Assembly: GCA_013239625.1 (NCBI GenBank) | Contig: MU053574.1 | Location: 433,844-497,843, forward strand | Length of the DNA: 64,000 bases | Origin: Lama guanicoe | Lineage: Eukaryota | Direction: 5' to 3' | In this document: positions 63,536 through 64,000 of the stretch, piece after piece | Numbering within the stretch: the first letter of the stretch is position 1 | Layout of the letters: every line of letters begins with the position of its first letter | Made by a program: the position numbers and the translations under genes | The notes under the pieces: generated by a model | Seen by the model: only the letters and a program-made list of their open reading frames with translations | Database searches by the model: none | Told to the model about the DNA's origin: nothing

Positions 63536-64000
63536 AGGGTCCCAGGTCTCCAACGTCAGCATCAGAGTGGGGGGGCCCTGACTCTGCATTTTAAATCTGT
63601 GCTCAAGGAATTCCAGGCACAGTTGGAGCTTAGCCCCATGGCCGTGATCCTCGTGAAAGTTCAAAACTCCCCAGGAGAGCTAACAGCTGAACAGGGGGCT
63701 CTTTACACCTACAGCCTTGGTGTAGAGACACCCCATCAAACCCCTTTTATTGATTCATTTTGTTAATCAATTATATTAATTTTATTGACTGCATCCGTGG
63801 ATAACTTACGAGCCCTTTGGATCAGCTGTCCTCTAGGCTTTCGAGAACCGCTCTGACACTTTATCTTCAGACCAAAGCAGAGAGGCTGCCCAGCCAGGGG
63901 TTAATGATTTGGTCCTCAGAATTGGAGGGACGCAGGCAAGTCTCGTCACCTTTCCAGCCTCGGTCCCCTCTGTGGGAAACGGGGCATTGATGCCTGACAA

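Overview
Mammalian genomic DNA, very probably a camelid, judging by four copies of a tRNA-derived SINE resembling vic-1. The window matches the human 9q34 DDX31-BARHL1-CFAP77 block in reversed orientation. It holds the last two coding exons of DDX31 (+), the complete three-exon BARHL1 homeobox gene (-, 984-nt CDS, 327 aa, all introns GT-AG) and the last two coding exons of CFAP77/C9orf171 (-). It also has CpG islands and many L1, L2, MIR, MLT, ERV and hAT repeats. Almost all other ORFs in the supplied track look like chance ORFs in GC-rich DNA. I see no new protein-coding system. The most interesting signals are regulatory: three tandem REST/RE1 sites upstream of BARHL1, three uORFs in the BARHL1 reading frame, a compact Pumilio plus AU-rich module in its 3'UTR, an E-box cluster just past the poly(A) signal, a 113-bp 92%-identical duplication with a homeodomain motif in the CFAP77 intron, and a possible frameshifted DDX31 C-terminal tail. 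Gene and repeat names come from recalled sequences, not database searches.
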